Of a stretch of DNA of 64,000 nucleotides, positions 1-14,100 are shown in pieces. Position numbers and translations under genes: made by a program. Under the pieces are notes generated by a model. The model had not been told where the DNA came from. It did no database searches and saw only the letters and a list, made by a program, of their open reading frames with translations. The stretch spans positions 16,774,912-16,838,911 of the forward strand of contig NC_092675.1 in assembly GCF_964355755.1 (NCBI RefSeq). The letters run 5' to 3'. Origin of the DNA: Antedon mediterranea. Taxonomy: Eukaryota > Animalia > Echinodermata. How positions within the stretch are numbered: the stretch's first letter is position 1; each line of letters starts with the position of its first letter.

Positions 1-140
1 AGAGTAGTAGTAGTAGCCTACTATTTTAGTATTACAGTACTAACTAGGCCTAGCCTCTACTATCCTAGTCTAGCTAGCCTAGGAGCCTCTCACTCAATGT
101 ATGGCCGAACATCAAAAAGCAGAATTTGGTATGTTACGTA

Positions 141-529
141 CCTTGTTTTTGGTCTTGGGCCATCGCTTTTGTGTCAGTAGTTTTTGTCGTTCCTGTCTTT
201 GTTGGCTTGCTTGGCTAACCGCTTTACTGAAAACAAACTGTTTAGGTACAGCATTTGGCTTCAACCGCCTGGTAGGCCTAGACGTCGCACCAACAATACT
301 GACTTTTTACGGAGTCATCCTCAAACATTTCTTTTTCAAAATGGTCACTACATACTCTGGAATAAATATTAATGTGCGGTTTTTCCAACTTCATGGCTGC
401 AACCCAGTTCTTTAGCAAATCCTTATTGTTTAACGGCAATCGATGGAAACTAACATTGCGTATTCCTTTGGACTTCCTGCCTTTCTTATCCGATGCATTG
501 CTGCATCCAAACGCCATACAAAACACCAT
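141..529 (-). pseudogene. THAP-domain exon with a frameshift, probably a DNA-transposon remnant continuing beyond the left edge
   Basis: MVFCMAFGC...SFHRLP...W...VCSDHF is the THAP C2CH signature. The AVP box (RLKPNAVPKQF) lies in a different frame after the A-run near 305, and a possible AG|GTACGT donor follows at about 141. Confidence 0.75.
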
Positions 530-2167
530 TTTGTACTATTTTTTTTGTTTTGATAAATCACCAATAACTTCCAAGATAATTACAAACACAAATGAAATAG
601 AGAAAGAATCTATACTACTCGAAAAAATCAATTTAATTAGGATAAACAAATCGTTGTTGTTTTCGATATTACAGCTAAACGCATACGAAACACATGTGCA
701 CACAGTGCTACACAATTAAAAATACCCGGATGAAGGTACTTCCGTCCCACCAGCTCCCGCGGCTTCTGGGTAATATTTAAAAATGGTGGAACTCCATTGG
801 CGACAACATTAATTGGCTTATAATTCAGAATGTGTAAATATATTAATATTTTTTATGACTTTATTTAACTCTTTGATATATAATTAATACATAGTATGTC
901 GAAAATTAACTAATTCAGTATTCCTTTAATTAATGGATGTGCAATAATACACACTCATGCCAGTGGCAAACGTGTAAATACAATAAACCAATCTCTGGTA
1001 TTTTTTCATGATATAAAAAGTACTGTACATACTAAACATCAAGTTTACTATTATACTCCGCAGTGCAAAAGAAAGAATATGGTCTCAGCTGTAATTAGCA
1101 TGCATTTTTTATTATCATAAACCCTACATGGTGATAAAGAGCTTTAACTAGTATGACCCCCTGTATGGGTGCCCCGATGGGTGCTTTTAAAAAAATTCAA
1201 ATCAAAATAAATATTTTTGTTTTGTTTAATATACACCTCACAAGCACATGGTTTGCAATCTGTTAGCTTTTCCATGTAATATTATACAAATAATAAATGT
1301 TTGAGTGGAATAGTACAATAATGGCACGAGGTGAATGATGAAAGGCTATATATAGTAAAATATAACCTTTCATCAATCGCCGAATGACATTATTTATACC
1401 ATTCCACGAATATAAAAAAGAAAAAGAAAAACTACCGTTTATTAATTTAATTCCTATGCTTAATGTTCTATTGTAATAATTTCCAGTATTTTTCTTTCAA
1501 AGTTACTATTTGTACAGCTATTTACAAGTATTCAAAAAAGAATATTAAAAAAGTTGACGTAAAAATTCAACGTATTAAATGTCGAGCAATTTGGTACTAT
1601 GACTATTCATTTGAGGAAAACATGAGATGGTATTTTAATGGTGAAATTCAATAACAATTAATATACACCTTAGCCTACAGTATTTATCTATCAAAGGTAT
1701 AATATATGCTTTTCTAAATACCATCTATGATCTTCGAACACATAACTTACAACAACATTCAATCAGGTTTGTGGAGCGCTCTTAGCAGAACCAAGACATA
1801 ATAACATAATTTCAACTTTGGGGGTTATTAGAAATGAACATTTAAAATAAGAATTTAAATGATCAAGTATGAAAATTGGAAAAAAACACTGATTCTTCCA
1901 TTTAATACAGAAGTACAGTATTGCATCTATAATATCCAGTATCATAGGCAAGTTCTGTGATACAGGATCACATATGATATTTGCTTTATGATAAGGATGT
2001 CACGTACGATAGAGATGTGCAGATACAGTACCAATAATCACTGCGGGTGGTAGTATTTAATGACAAACATACAAGACTTGTTGTTCACTACATTATTTGC
2101 GTGTTGAAGAATTTTGTGAGCATTTTTTTGTTTTGTTCGTGAGCGTAAATGCACTCTTATGCCATGA

Positions 2168-5100
2168 TCAATGCTGCATTGCATTAACATACTCTGGTAA
2201 ACTGCTGTTGCTATCAGCACTTATATCATGATTTAATTTTTCCATTATTACATCAGCAGCGGTTGTGGCTACTTGCGAATTCATTTGGGAGTTTGATGAG
2301 GAAGACGACTGTTGGTTGTCAGATGGTGGTGGGACGTTTTCACTGTCTGGGTTCTGTTCCCAGTCAATGGTAAATCTTGTAACTCTTGGGTTTGTCTCTA
2401 GAATGTTCCGAAGAATCTATAAACAAAAGTAAAAGTAACATAATTTATAACTTATTATCTAGTGAGGCCTTGTGCTGTGGTAATAATAAAACAGTACCAC
2501 TTCATGCCTTTAAATTATAAAAATTAATGCTGTTTGACAGGATCACATTTAGGCTTCACTAAGGATACATAAAAAAATTTCCTGTTTCAAAAAGTATATT
2601 ATTAATATTGTTGTGACGATAATCAGGTGTCGCATGCAAATGAATCAAGTCTCCTGTGGTCAAGTGGACGAATCAGAAGGGAGCGCGGTATTTTGGAAAG
2701 CTGTGTTGGGTATGTGAGACAAGAGAAAGACTCACTCACGAGACGGTACGGTAAGTCAGAGATGGTAGGCTTTCTGGATAAAAGATAAGACAGTGGATAT
2801 GGGACTGCCGACTGTAATAATGGAATAAAGACTTGCAGTGAACTGTGTTTCGAGACTGGAAGCGAGGCAGGACGCAAGGACAATAAGAATGGAAAAGTTG
2901 TGATTGAATGTACGGACGCCTAGGCAAACCAACCACTCGGTATCATTCGTATTGTTGTAGCATTATAGTTTTTTTGTTATGTAATGAATCGTGCAAGAAA
3001 ATTAAATGGAGCTCGTGCTTCTTGCATAGTACTTTGAGTGTTTGTTTGTTCCAAACCTCGTTGTTGTTATTTAGGTATTTCGGCCTAGGCTAAAAGTGGT
3101 CGTAACAATATTATTGGTTATTCACACTTGGCGGATAATCCCTTGTTATTGTCAGGATCTTTTTTTCTTTTCCTATTCTTCTTTCTTTCCACGAAATTTG
3201 TTCGCAGCATACAGTATCTCTATTTCTTGTCAACATCAGATTGAACTCTATATGTAGTTGTGCAAGAAACTTTGTTATATGAATTTAATTTCGCCTATTT
3301 AACATAGATCGAAAACCATATAACAATTTAAATTGAAATTTAGCAAAAGTGTAATTTATAAAAAATGTTCTTCCAGCCTTTTCTAGTAATTTTACCAACT
3401 TTCAAACAATTTCGACTTAAAATCATGTCATACAAGCACATCAAATTAGACAATTTGCATGCGTTTTGTGAAAATGATGACTTTTTTTATGATGACTTTT
3501 TTTAAATAGTCATAGATTCTAAATTACATAGTGAACTTTTTTTTAACTACATATTCTTGAAGTTGATATGTTATAGATCATAAATCAATATGGCTAACCG
3601 GACATTGTGACGTCATTGTATGGTCACTCAAATATAAAATTTGTGTCTCTTTCGTCATAGCTCACATTTAATAGAGCGCATCTCCACTTATCCGTATTCC
3701 ATTTTCCCCCATATTTTTATATTGTCTAGGTCAATCAATTATCTTTCGCATGATTTACCATTTTAAAATTGTGATGACGTCATCATGTGCAAAAGCGGGA
3801 ATAACTTTGGTCACTTATTTTCAACATTCCAATAAATTTCAATATGTTATAGCTCCTCAGAATGAACAGTGATACTCATGATTAAAACGTTTTCTGGAAG
3901 CTGTTGAATTGTAGATACAAATTCATGTACAAATTATGCACATCGGATGGTGTGACGTCATCATATGGCCAGTTGAATTATAAAAGTCGTATTTTCATAT
4001 TTTGCGTCATAGTTTATGACATTTAAAATAGCGCGCTTCCATATTAGACTGGCAGCCCAGAGACATTTGGTTAGATGAGCTAGGTACCAATATCTGACTA
4101 TTTGAGTGTGTTGCGGGTCACTTGAAGTCAATGAAAATGGGAGTCTGCCGGGTACCCCCTGCTGCGTCTAGACCGGGGGGACCCCGAAACGTGCTAAAAA
4201 ATCGGCCCAGGTTAGATGAGAGAGATACCACCTAATTTTACCACCATGGGATGCCCATTGGCATCCTTATACCAGTATCACAAACGACAGACTTTTTCTC
4301 TGCTGCAAAAGGCCCGCCAGACCCCCTGAGGGAGGGCCTAAAATGGGGTTAGCATAGATGAGTGAGGTACCACTCAAAATTAATTCCAAATGAAGAAGTT
4401 GTGTTCATACAATACTAAATGGATAACAACAGACTGATTGTCTGCTGCACCGCAAGTGCCAGACACCCTAAAGTTAGACTAGAGGCCCCCCTTCCCCCAA
4501 CTAGCCCAGCTTAGATATTGTAGATACCACCAGCAACCAATGTTATATGATTTAGCACATTGTAAGCAATACCAAATGACCTATTACAGACTATCTGTAC
4601 ACTGCCCTGGCCCTGGCAGACCCCTCTAAAGTTAGACTGGAGACCCCTCTTTCCCCAACTAGCCTAGCTTAGATATTGTAGATACCACCAGCAACCAATG
4701 TATATGATTTAGCACATTGTAAGAAATACCAAATGACCTTATTACAGACTATCTGTACACTGCCTTGGCCCTGGCAGACCTCTCTAAAGTTAGACTAGAG
4801 ACCCCCCCCCCCTATCCCCACCTATCCCCAACTTAGATATTGTATATACCGCCAGCAACCAATGTTATATGATTTAGCACATTGTAAACAATATCAAATG
4901 ACCTATTACAGACTATCTGTACACTGCCTTGGCCCTGGCAGACCCCTCTAAAGTTCGACTAGAGACCCCATTTACCCCAAGTATGGCCTACCTTAGATAT
5001 TGTAGATACCTCCAGCAGCAAAAAAAAACACCCAAAACAACATGTTTAATTGAATAAAGTTTAACTTTAATCGAACTAACACAAAACAATTGAAAATATA

Positions 5101-8100
5101 TCACATCAATGACGATAAAATGACCATTACCATTCTAAAGGGAAAAATAGTTTAAGAGTTTCAATTATTATATATTATAAGCCAAATATATATAAGTATG
5201 GATTCGGGTAAATTTAGCATTCCTTGCCTTTGGATGTCAAAGATACATCCGTCTGTAACTCTTGGACATATTTTAAGAGAAAGCTTAGTAATCACCCTAA
5301 TAAAATTCATGATTGTAGTAACTTAATCTAAAGTGATTTGATTAAATAATAGTGGGTAATTTTAAATGCTGTATATTATAATCTTAATCCTGTATTCATA
5401 TTTATATATATATATATATTTATATAGATGCGTTGAGGCTGCAAACGTGCTCAATTTGAATCAAGAGCGAATATATATTTTTATAAAGTAGATGGAACAC
5501 GGACGTTTATTCCAGATAGACTGAACAATACCGTATCTCGATCGAAAAAAATATTTTAAAACAAAAATTATAAATATATATAATTTTAATTTATTTTTAT
5601 GTACTTTATTTATGTAGATATGTAGTACTGTATCTATTAAAAAAAGGTATTTGAACAAAATTAGAGATCTCAATGAGATCCAAATTGGCAATTGCCGCAA
5701 AATCCTCACTGAGTTTGACGTTGAAATTCACTCTAGAACTAAGAAGTTGAAAAGAGAACTTCCTGCATCCTAGTTTTAAAAAAAACTCAGGATTATCGCC
5801 AATGACTACTGTCGTAAACAATCAACGGTAATGGCCCGAAGGGAACATCACAAATTTGGTCTACCTGCAGACTTGGTCATTTCAACACAAATGACTCTAC
5901 CTTCGGATGACTTCAGGGCTTTTAGGAAACCCTGCAGTAGGTTCGTTGGGACTTATAACAAGAATCAGAGCAACACCTCTGATTCAGTTGTTGAAATTAA
6001 TTGTTGACTTTCCGAAGGAGAGAAAAAACTTCTTTCCCGAGGACTTAAATTCTGCCCAAAACCAAGGCAGGTCGGCGCACAACAACTATCTTTGGATATA
6101 GAGTCTTCCTCTAGAATATTGCGATTACGTGAATATTTTGCTGATTCAGACAGCAGCACCACGCAAAACGAAGGCAACATTAACAAATTTAAACCAAAAA
6201 GTTCCTGGAATCCACCTAAAAATCGTTCAAAACTACGTCCCGAGTCCAGATAAATGTGACAATCTCTCAAAACAAGAGAGGCAGGCCATTGCCAAATTGC
6301 GTCAGCTATCATCATTAAACCCGCTGATAAAGGTTCTGCCACTGTTGCTATGGACATCAAATTTTATTAAGAGGAATCCTTCAGACAGCTTCATTATATA
6401 TCGTAAACTCACAACGGAACCCACCCCGGAAATTGTGGATAAGGTGGCCAAATCTGTTTCTGTGATGGTAAAAAAACACTCCATCGATCCTAAGATTTAC
6501 AGTTACCAAATCCACTAGTAGCGTTGATTTTATGGACACTATAGTGACCATAGAAAATGGTACTCTCAAAACTGACCTATTCCGTAAACCCACTGATAAA
6601 AATATGTACCTGCTCCCTAGCAGTTGTCATCCCCAACACTGTACTAAAAACATACCGAACAGTAAAGCATTACGTATCAGAGACGTATCTGTTCTTCAGA
6701 TTTAGATTTTCAGAATTGTACCGAAGAACTAATCGGACATCTCCGGAATAGAAATTACAAGAAGGAATACACCGAAACTACTATAAAGAAAGCAAAAGAT
6801 ATTCCTCGATGTCAAACACTGACGTACAAACCACGTCAGCAAAGTTCGACCAGAGTGCCATTGGTCACAACCTATCACCCTAGGTTGCCTCCATTACGGG
6901 CTATTAATTTATTGAGAAACATATGCCCATTCTACAGTCCACAGAACGTCTCAGGACTGTTTTTCCGGAACCATCCATTATTGCATTTCGTAGACCTCCC
7001 AACCTTCGTGATATATTAGTCAGATCCAAATTTAAGAGTGAAATTAACTCTCATGACAGTCAAAATTTGGGCAGTCACCTTTTACGGCAAATCTTGCAAA
7101 ACTTGTTCATTGGTTGATTCTACTGAAAAATTTAAGAGTAACCAAACTGGCCGCATTTTTCGGATAAGACAATCAATTAATTGTCTAACCAAAAACGTCA
7201 TTTATCTCATATACTGTAATATTTGTGGCAAACAGTACGTCGGAGAAACAAAATACACTCTCCGTATGAGAATGACACAACACAGATCAGCTATCAAAAC
7301 ATTAAAGCTTGATCAACCTCTAGCCGAACATTTTAATTCAGCTGGTCACTCGATTGCAAATTTCAGAAGGAAAACCACTGGGAATTACAACTTAAAACCA
7401 CAAAACCTTTTGTACTTAACATTAGAACATACTCCCAGGTTGGTAAAATTATTCCATTGTCTACCAAAATTTAAGTTTCAATATTAACCACCATTTAAGC
7501 TGTTTTTTAGTTTCATTCCAAAATGGTTTATACTGTATCTCTACCAAGCTACCTTCTTTGTTTTCTACTCTTATTCAGACTCCACCCTGTCTCCTTTTGT
7601 TGTATTTCTTTTATTCCTGTCCACCCAGGCAGCACTTGCCAGTTCTTATCCTTCACTTGCAATGATGAAGGGCTAGTGTTGCCCGAAAGCTCTGCAAACG
7701 TTTCTGGCTGTTTTACTTTATCCTTTTGATTTAGCTTTTCACTTTTTTTTTGTATCTTCATTGAGATTCACCCACTGATACCCACAGCATTGTCATTTTT
7801 TCAGTTATTTGCCTTTGGATTTATATATATAAATATATATAGAGGATTAAGATTATAATATACAGCATTTAAAATTACCAACTATTAATTAATCAAATCA
7901 CTTTTGATTAAGTTACTACAATCCTGAATTTGATTAAGGTGATTACTAAGCTTTCTCTTAAAAATAGGTCGCAAGCGTTACAGACGAATGTATCTTTGAC
8001 ATTCAAAGGCAAGGAATTCCAGATTCTCACAATTCTAGCAGGAATGCTAAATTTACCAGAATCCGTACTTATTTATATTTGGCTTATATAAGTTTTAACT

Positions 8101-11100
8101 ATTTTTCCCTTTAAAATGGTAATTTTATCGTCATTGATGTGATATATTTTCAATTGTTTTGTGTTAGTTCGATTAAAGTTAAACTTTATTCAATTAAATG
8201 TTTTAGGTGTTTTTTTTTTTGCTGCTGGTGGTATCTACAATATCTAAGCTAGGCCATACTTGGGGTAAATGGGGTCTTTAGTCGAACTTTAGAGGGGTCT
8301 GCCAGGGCCAAGGCAGTGTACAGATAGTCTGTAATAGGTCATTTGGTATTGCTTACAATGTGCTAAATCATATAACATTGGTTGCTGGTGGTATCTACAA
8401 TATCTAAGCTGGGATAGTTGGGGAAAGGGGGGTCTCTAGTCGAACTTTAGAGGGGTCTGCCAGGGCCAAGGCAGTGTACAGATAGTCTGTAATAGGTCAT
8501 TTGGTATTGCTTACAATGTGCTAAATCATATAACATTGGTTGCTGGTGGTATCTACAATATCTAAGCTGGGCTAGTTGGGGGAAGGGGGATCTCTAGTCT
8601 AACTTTAGGGTGTCTGGCACTTGCGGTGCAGCAGACAATTAGTCTGTTGTTATCCATTTAGTATTGTATGAACACAACTTGTTCATTTGGAATTAATTTT
8701 GAGTGGTACCTCACTCATCTATGCTAACCCCTTTTTAGGCCTTCCCTCGGGGGGTCTGGCGGGCCTTTTGCAGCAGAGAAAAAGTCTGTCGTTTGTGATA
8801 CTGGTATAAGGATGCCAATCGGCATCCCATGGTGGTAAAATTAGGTGGTATCTCTCTCATCTAACCTGGGCCGATTTTTTAGCACGTTTCGGGGTCCCCC
8901 CGGTCTAGACGCAGCAGGGGGTACCCGGCAGACTCCCATTTTCATTGACTTCAAGTGACCCCCAACACACTTAAATAGTCAGATATTGGTACCTAGCTCA
9001 TCTAACCAAATGTCTCTGGGCTGCCGGTCTATATTCTACGTATCCAAATTTCTTCAACACATTGATATGTTGTTGCTCAGATAATATTCCTTCCAAAATT
9101 GCTATCTACGTGTTTCTTTTTGATGACGTCATTAAAAGATTAAAAGATGGGTCTCGTAATTTCATCTATGCTACACTGTATATAACATATACAGTGTATT
9201 TTGTAAATGTGTTATAACACCACAATCATATAGGTACAATTCAGCACTGTAAACATATGTAATTCATGCCATAGGATGGCATGATAATTGTCGACGTTCA
9301 TATAGTTTAACGTGTGTGCATGTTGCGTGTCCGCGGATAACCCGACTCGTCAAAGTGACGAGTTCAAATCTAGTTGTCTTCTGTAATTGTACAAAAAACA
9401 CCAGGGAACATAATTATTTTTCTTCATGAAAGGTTAGGGATATTCTGATCTTGCTTCTAAAAACATGTCATTTCAAAATGTGTGTTGTGCTGTTACTAGT
9501 GCCACTGTTAAAATGAATCATTAAAATACAAAGCCACTACAATAAACCAAAATACATTAAGGAGCTACAACTTGATTTTCTAGTAAACACACTATAACTT
9601 ACCTTATCATACTGTGGTACTGGGGGTGGAGATTCATTCATTTCCTGGTCTGAATATTCATTATTGACATAATAACCGACTCGTACAAACTCTTGACCAC
9701 GATATGAGCATGTGACAAGTGTGACAGTGACACCTAGTAGGTCAGCAATTGGAATTTTATCAATTTTAGGTGCGTTTGCCTGTAAAAGTAACATAATGAT
9801 TAAAAATTGTACGGTTTTATCATTATTATTTTTTTTTATAATATTCTATTTTAATGGAGTTTCTGTAACCACATATTTACAGTGGTAGTCCAGTCAAAAA
9901 TCACCCTCACCATGGTATAAGAACGTACCCTAATAAAATTTCATCCGTAGGTTCTATGTATATAGGTAATAACATTTCTTGATGTTGCGTCTTGCAAAAC
10001 TTGGGATTTTACGAGAAAATTTGACTTTTATACCCAATTTATAACTACCTCATGTCGTATTATTGTGTACAGCGAATGCGACGAAGCGTGACTGAAATTA
10101 CGAGACGCCGTTTGCGCCCGTTGAAAAATGCATTAACAAAGCTAAAAACCTACAAAATTACCGTAGTTCCCCGGGTATAATCCCACCCCCCTTGTACGTG
10201 AAATTTGCCCGAATTTGGGAGGTGGGACTATACCCGGGGATTTCCCGCTGCATGAACTGAAAATGACGATATTTCTTCTGTCTACGATTTTGCTATCTAA
10301 AAGCTATATTCCGATGTAGGCCTAGCAATTAGACGGCCAGGCCATCTAGGCCTAGGCGGCCTAATTGGTCTTACCTGTGCTATGCCTACCGTATAGATTT
10401 TCCCCAAGATTTCTACTTAAAAAATACCCTAAAATGTGATCTAGGCCTAGCTTCCTAAATCGACATGAACTCGATCATACGAGTTCTCCACGTTCACCCA
10501 CACGCTCGAGCTCTCTGTGTAAATCGCATGTTGTTGCATGTGACACAAACTCTACTGCACAAGCCGATCGGTATAGAGGGCGGTGTTTTTTTTACGGTAA
10601 TCAAGCGTCAAGAAAGAATGTACACGACACGGCGAAAGGATGTACAGAACGTGACGATTGGAGCATGCTTGTATTCAACTTAACAATGTTTGATGAGTTT
10701 TAAGTCAGCCAAATTCAGAGAAATTACTCTATTTTTTGGGTGAGAAATTGACGTCGGCCTAGCTAGCTACAGTAGGCCTAGGCCCACCTATGGCCTAATG
10801 TTAAATTATACACTGGGACTTTGCCCGGGGATATGCTTGCGTGCGAAGGTAATCGTAAAGTCGGGGGTGGGATTATACCCGAGGTGGGATTATACCCGAG
10901 GAACTATGGTAATAGTTTATACAATAATTTAAATATAGTTTACAATAAATTGTATAATAAAATACATAACATATAAAGAAAACTCAAGTATAATCTCAAA
11001 TATTTACAGATATGTGTTTAAAAATGTACAAATCAAAATGGCCTTCCATAAAATAAAGTGCGCCCTCACTCGTCATACTTTTATCGGACTTGTATGGATG

Positions 11101-14100
11101 GTTATACAAGGCATTAATATTACGAAACCCGATGCGGTTTGTTAGTTATTGCCTCTGCAAGAGGCAGAATATTATATTTTCACAAATATATTTCTAGTTT
11201 TTATCATGGAAAAAAAGAATTGTATATATTTAAACATATTACTTACAACCTCCAGTCTACCATCATGGATGATGGATTAAGTGAAGCGCCGTATTGTATA
11301 TGCTATAGCGTCATGATCTTCTAGTTATCTGGTTATATTCTGGACATTCTTTTTTTCACAGCATTACTTGCGTGGATATCACAATGCATTTGTTTATTCG
11401 CGATTATAGTCAATATTAATTTGAGTAAGAATCATTTTTAAATGACAGTCCATTTCGCGTATACGATATAATAAAGATTTAAATTAATAAAGTACTCTGA
11501 AATATTTTCTCATTGGTTATCCGCAACAAAGAATCCTTGTGATTGTTAGTTTTGTTTAATTTTCTTTGAATTGTTTATTGGCATCCATATCGTATGATGT
11601 GTGAGACAATTTCGTGTTTTAGAAAATGTAATCCTGCCACCGAAGATTCTTTCTGTTCGAAGACTTCTGACGGATAACTGTGTTATTCTTTTACAATTAA
11701 TTAATTAATGTTCATCTTCACTTTTGGGAAAAATAGCCTACATCTTTTAAGTTTAAAACGTCATTTATAAGTATTTGAATAAGCCTACAAATTACTACTG
11801 TGTTCTCCCAAGCTTTTTAAATTTTCTAAATGCATTAAAATGCGTCGGACTCGGCGGATAACAATATTTGAAATAAATGCATATAAAACTTTTGTTCTGG
11901 ACTTTACTTTTTTGTCCCAAGTGAGAACTTTCAGGCCGTGGAGGTGAACCGATCGTTTACGACATGCTTTTGTGTATAAAATGTCCAATAATAATTGTAG
12001 GACTACTCTCAACCAAAACACTTTATATTAGAATGTATTTAATATACGTCACGTCTTAAAAAATTGGGAGAATTGGGTAATACAGTATGTCGTTTCTCGC
12101 GAATCTTACATCACACTCCAACATTCTCACTTTCTTTTATTTAGTGAAATGTGAACGGTGGAAAAACGGGAAAATACTTTAAATTTAGAATGCTTTGAAT
12201 TCTGGAAGACGACTTCGAACTTAAAGAATCGTCATGAATGACGTTTATTGGCTCAAACTTCACACATCGGTACGATGTGAAGGCCAGACGGATTCAGAGA
12301 GGATCAAACCGGCTCCTCCTCCCCATTGGCAGTGGGGGCATCGGCGGGTGAAAAGGAAAAATGATAAATGTTGATTCAGACGAATGCCAACCAGCCCCTT
12401 TGATACGCTCTTAATAATTGTTGGAAAGTGAAAGTAGGGCTACTTGAGGTAGGGGGCCTAGTATCTTTCGTATAGGCCTACACGAAATGGATTATCCTTA
12501 AATGATTGGTTCTTACTCTAATTAAGATCATAATCGCGAATGATAGTTCAAAATATGCAATGCATTGTGATATCCACGCAAGTAATGCTGTGAAAAAAAA
12601 AGAATGTCTAAAAATAAAACCAGCAAAACTAGTAGTAGTAGATCATTACGCTTCAGCAGATATACAAATATACACTTAATCCATCATGATGGTATACTGG
12701 AGGTTGTAATGTGTTTAAATATATACAATTCTTTTTTTCCATGATAAAAATTAGAAATATATTTGTGAAAATATAATATTCTGCCTCTTGCAGAGGCAAT
12801 AACTAACAAACCGCATCGTGTTTCATAATTAATGCCTTTTTTAACCATCCATACAAGTCCGATAAAAGTAAGACGAGTGAGGGCGCACTTTATTTTATGG
12901 AAGGCCATTTTGATTTGTACATTTTTAAACACATATCTGTAAATATTTGAGATTATACTTGGGTTTTCTTTATATGTTATGTATTTTATTATACAATTTA
13001 TTGTAAACTATATTTAAATTATTGTATAAACTATTAATTTTGTAGGTTTTTAGCTTTGTTAATGCATTTTTCAACGGGCGCTAACGGCGTCTCGTAATTT
13101 TAGTCACGCTTCGTCGAATTCGCTGTACACAATAATACGACATGAGGCGGTTATAAATTGGGTATAAAAGTCTAATTTTCTCGTAAAATCCCAAGTTTTG
13201 CAAGACGCAACATCAAGAAATGTTATTACCTATATACATAGAACCTACGGATGAAATTTGATTAGGGTAAGTTCTTATACCATGGTGAGGGTGATTTTTG
13301 ACTGGACTATGGTTTAAATGTGGTAAAACTACGCAACAATGAATTTGAGGCATGATGTTTCACCGGTGAACTAGCTACATACTAATAAATAAGTAAAAAC
13401 TAGACTAGACCTACGTTCAGCTAGTTGTTGATCATCATCTAATAAAAACCTTCTTTCGTTAGTTTATAAAATAACACTCGATTTCCGCTCGAGCTGCAAG
13501 ATGTACAGTTATAGGTGTACGAAAAGGGCAAAAAGAAACTACATGTTTTCTAGCTCGACTTCTGCATCGGCCGTTTTCACACAATGTTGTTTACGAATAG
13601 AAAATATCGCTCAACTCTCACTCGAGCTTGAAGACGTACTACTTTATTACTACTGTAGTGTAATGGACCACGTGTATTTCGCTCTTTACTACACAGTACA
13701 GTATCAGGCGTTTCCACAGCAGCACTATTTTCGGTGTAAACTCATGTATTTTTTGCGCTTCGTAGCAGTTTTTTGGGCGTTTCACAGCCCTCTTAGGAAG
13801 CGCATCTATTATTATCTGATCTCGCTTTCGGTACTTTAAAAAAAAGTTGGCACTCAAATTAACAAAAAACTAGAGACCAACTGGCCTTGCCCCTAAAATC
13901 CCCAAATTCGAGGCCTGTATTTGAGCAGATCACTTCTTACCATATTTGGGCACATCACACATTTTTTGTCAAACTAGTTTGATAGTGTACAGCTAGTAGA
14001 AAACACTTGGACAAGATGGAATTTTTAACTTTTTTATTTGGATGTACTAAAAATATATTAATTCTTACTTGAAAAACAAACATATTTTTGCCAGCAGGTA

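Larger units (their letters stand above)
4045..9031. mobile_element. Long-TIR foldback DNA element (Academ-like), arms about 4045-5391 and 7843-9031
   Basis: Arms of 1.2-1.35 kb are near-perfect reverse complements. Termini are TAGAC...GTCTA with a TAT duplication (an alternative reading is a 5-bp ATATT TSD). Each arm has internal ~158-bp tandem subrepeats. Confidence 0.8.
3113..9374 (+). mobile_element. Helentron/HINE (DINE-1-like) non-autonomous element, interrupted by a nested TIR element
   Basis: 5' imperfect hairpin GGTTATTCAC..GCGGATAATC (3116-3140), 3' subterminal GCGGATAACC (9333-9342), hairpin ACTCGTCA-aag-TGACGAGT (9345-9363), then CTAGT. Confidence 0.65.

Noticed and set aside
12280-12355. 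GC-rich stretch resembling an HDV-like ribozyme
   Set aside because: I could not build the nested double-pseudoknot pairings.
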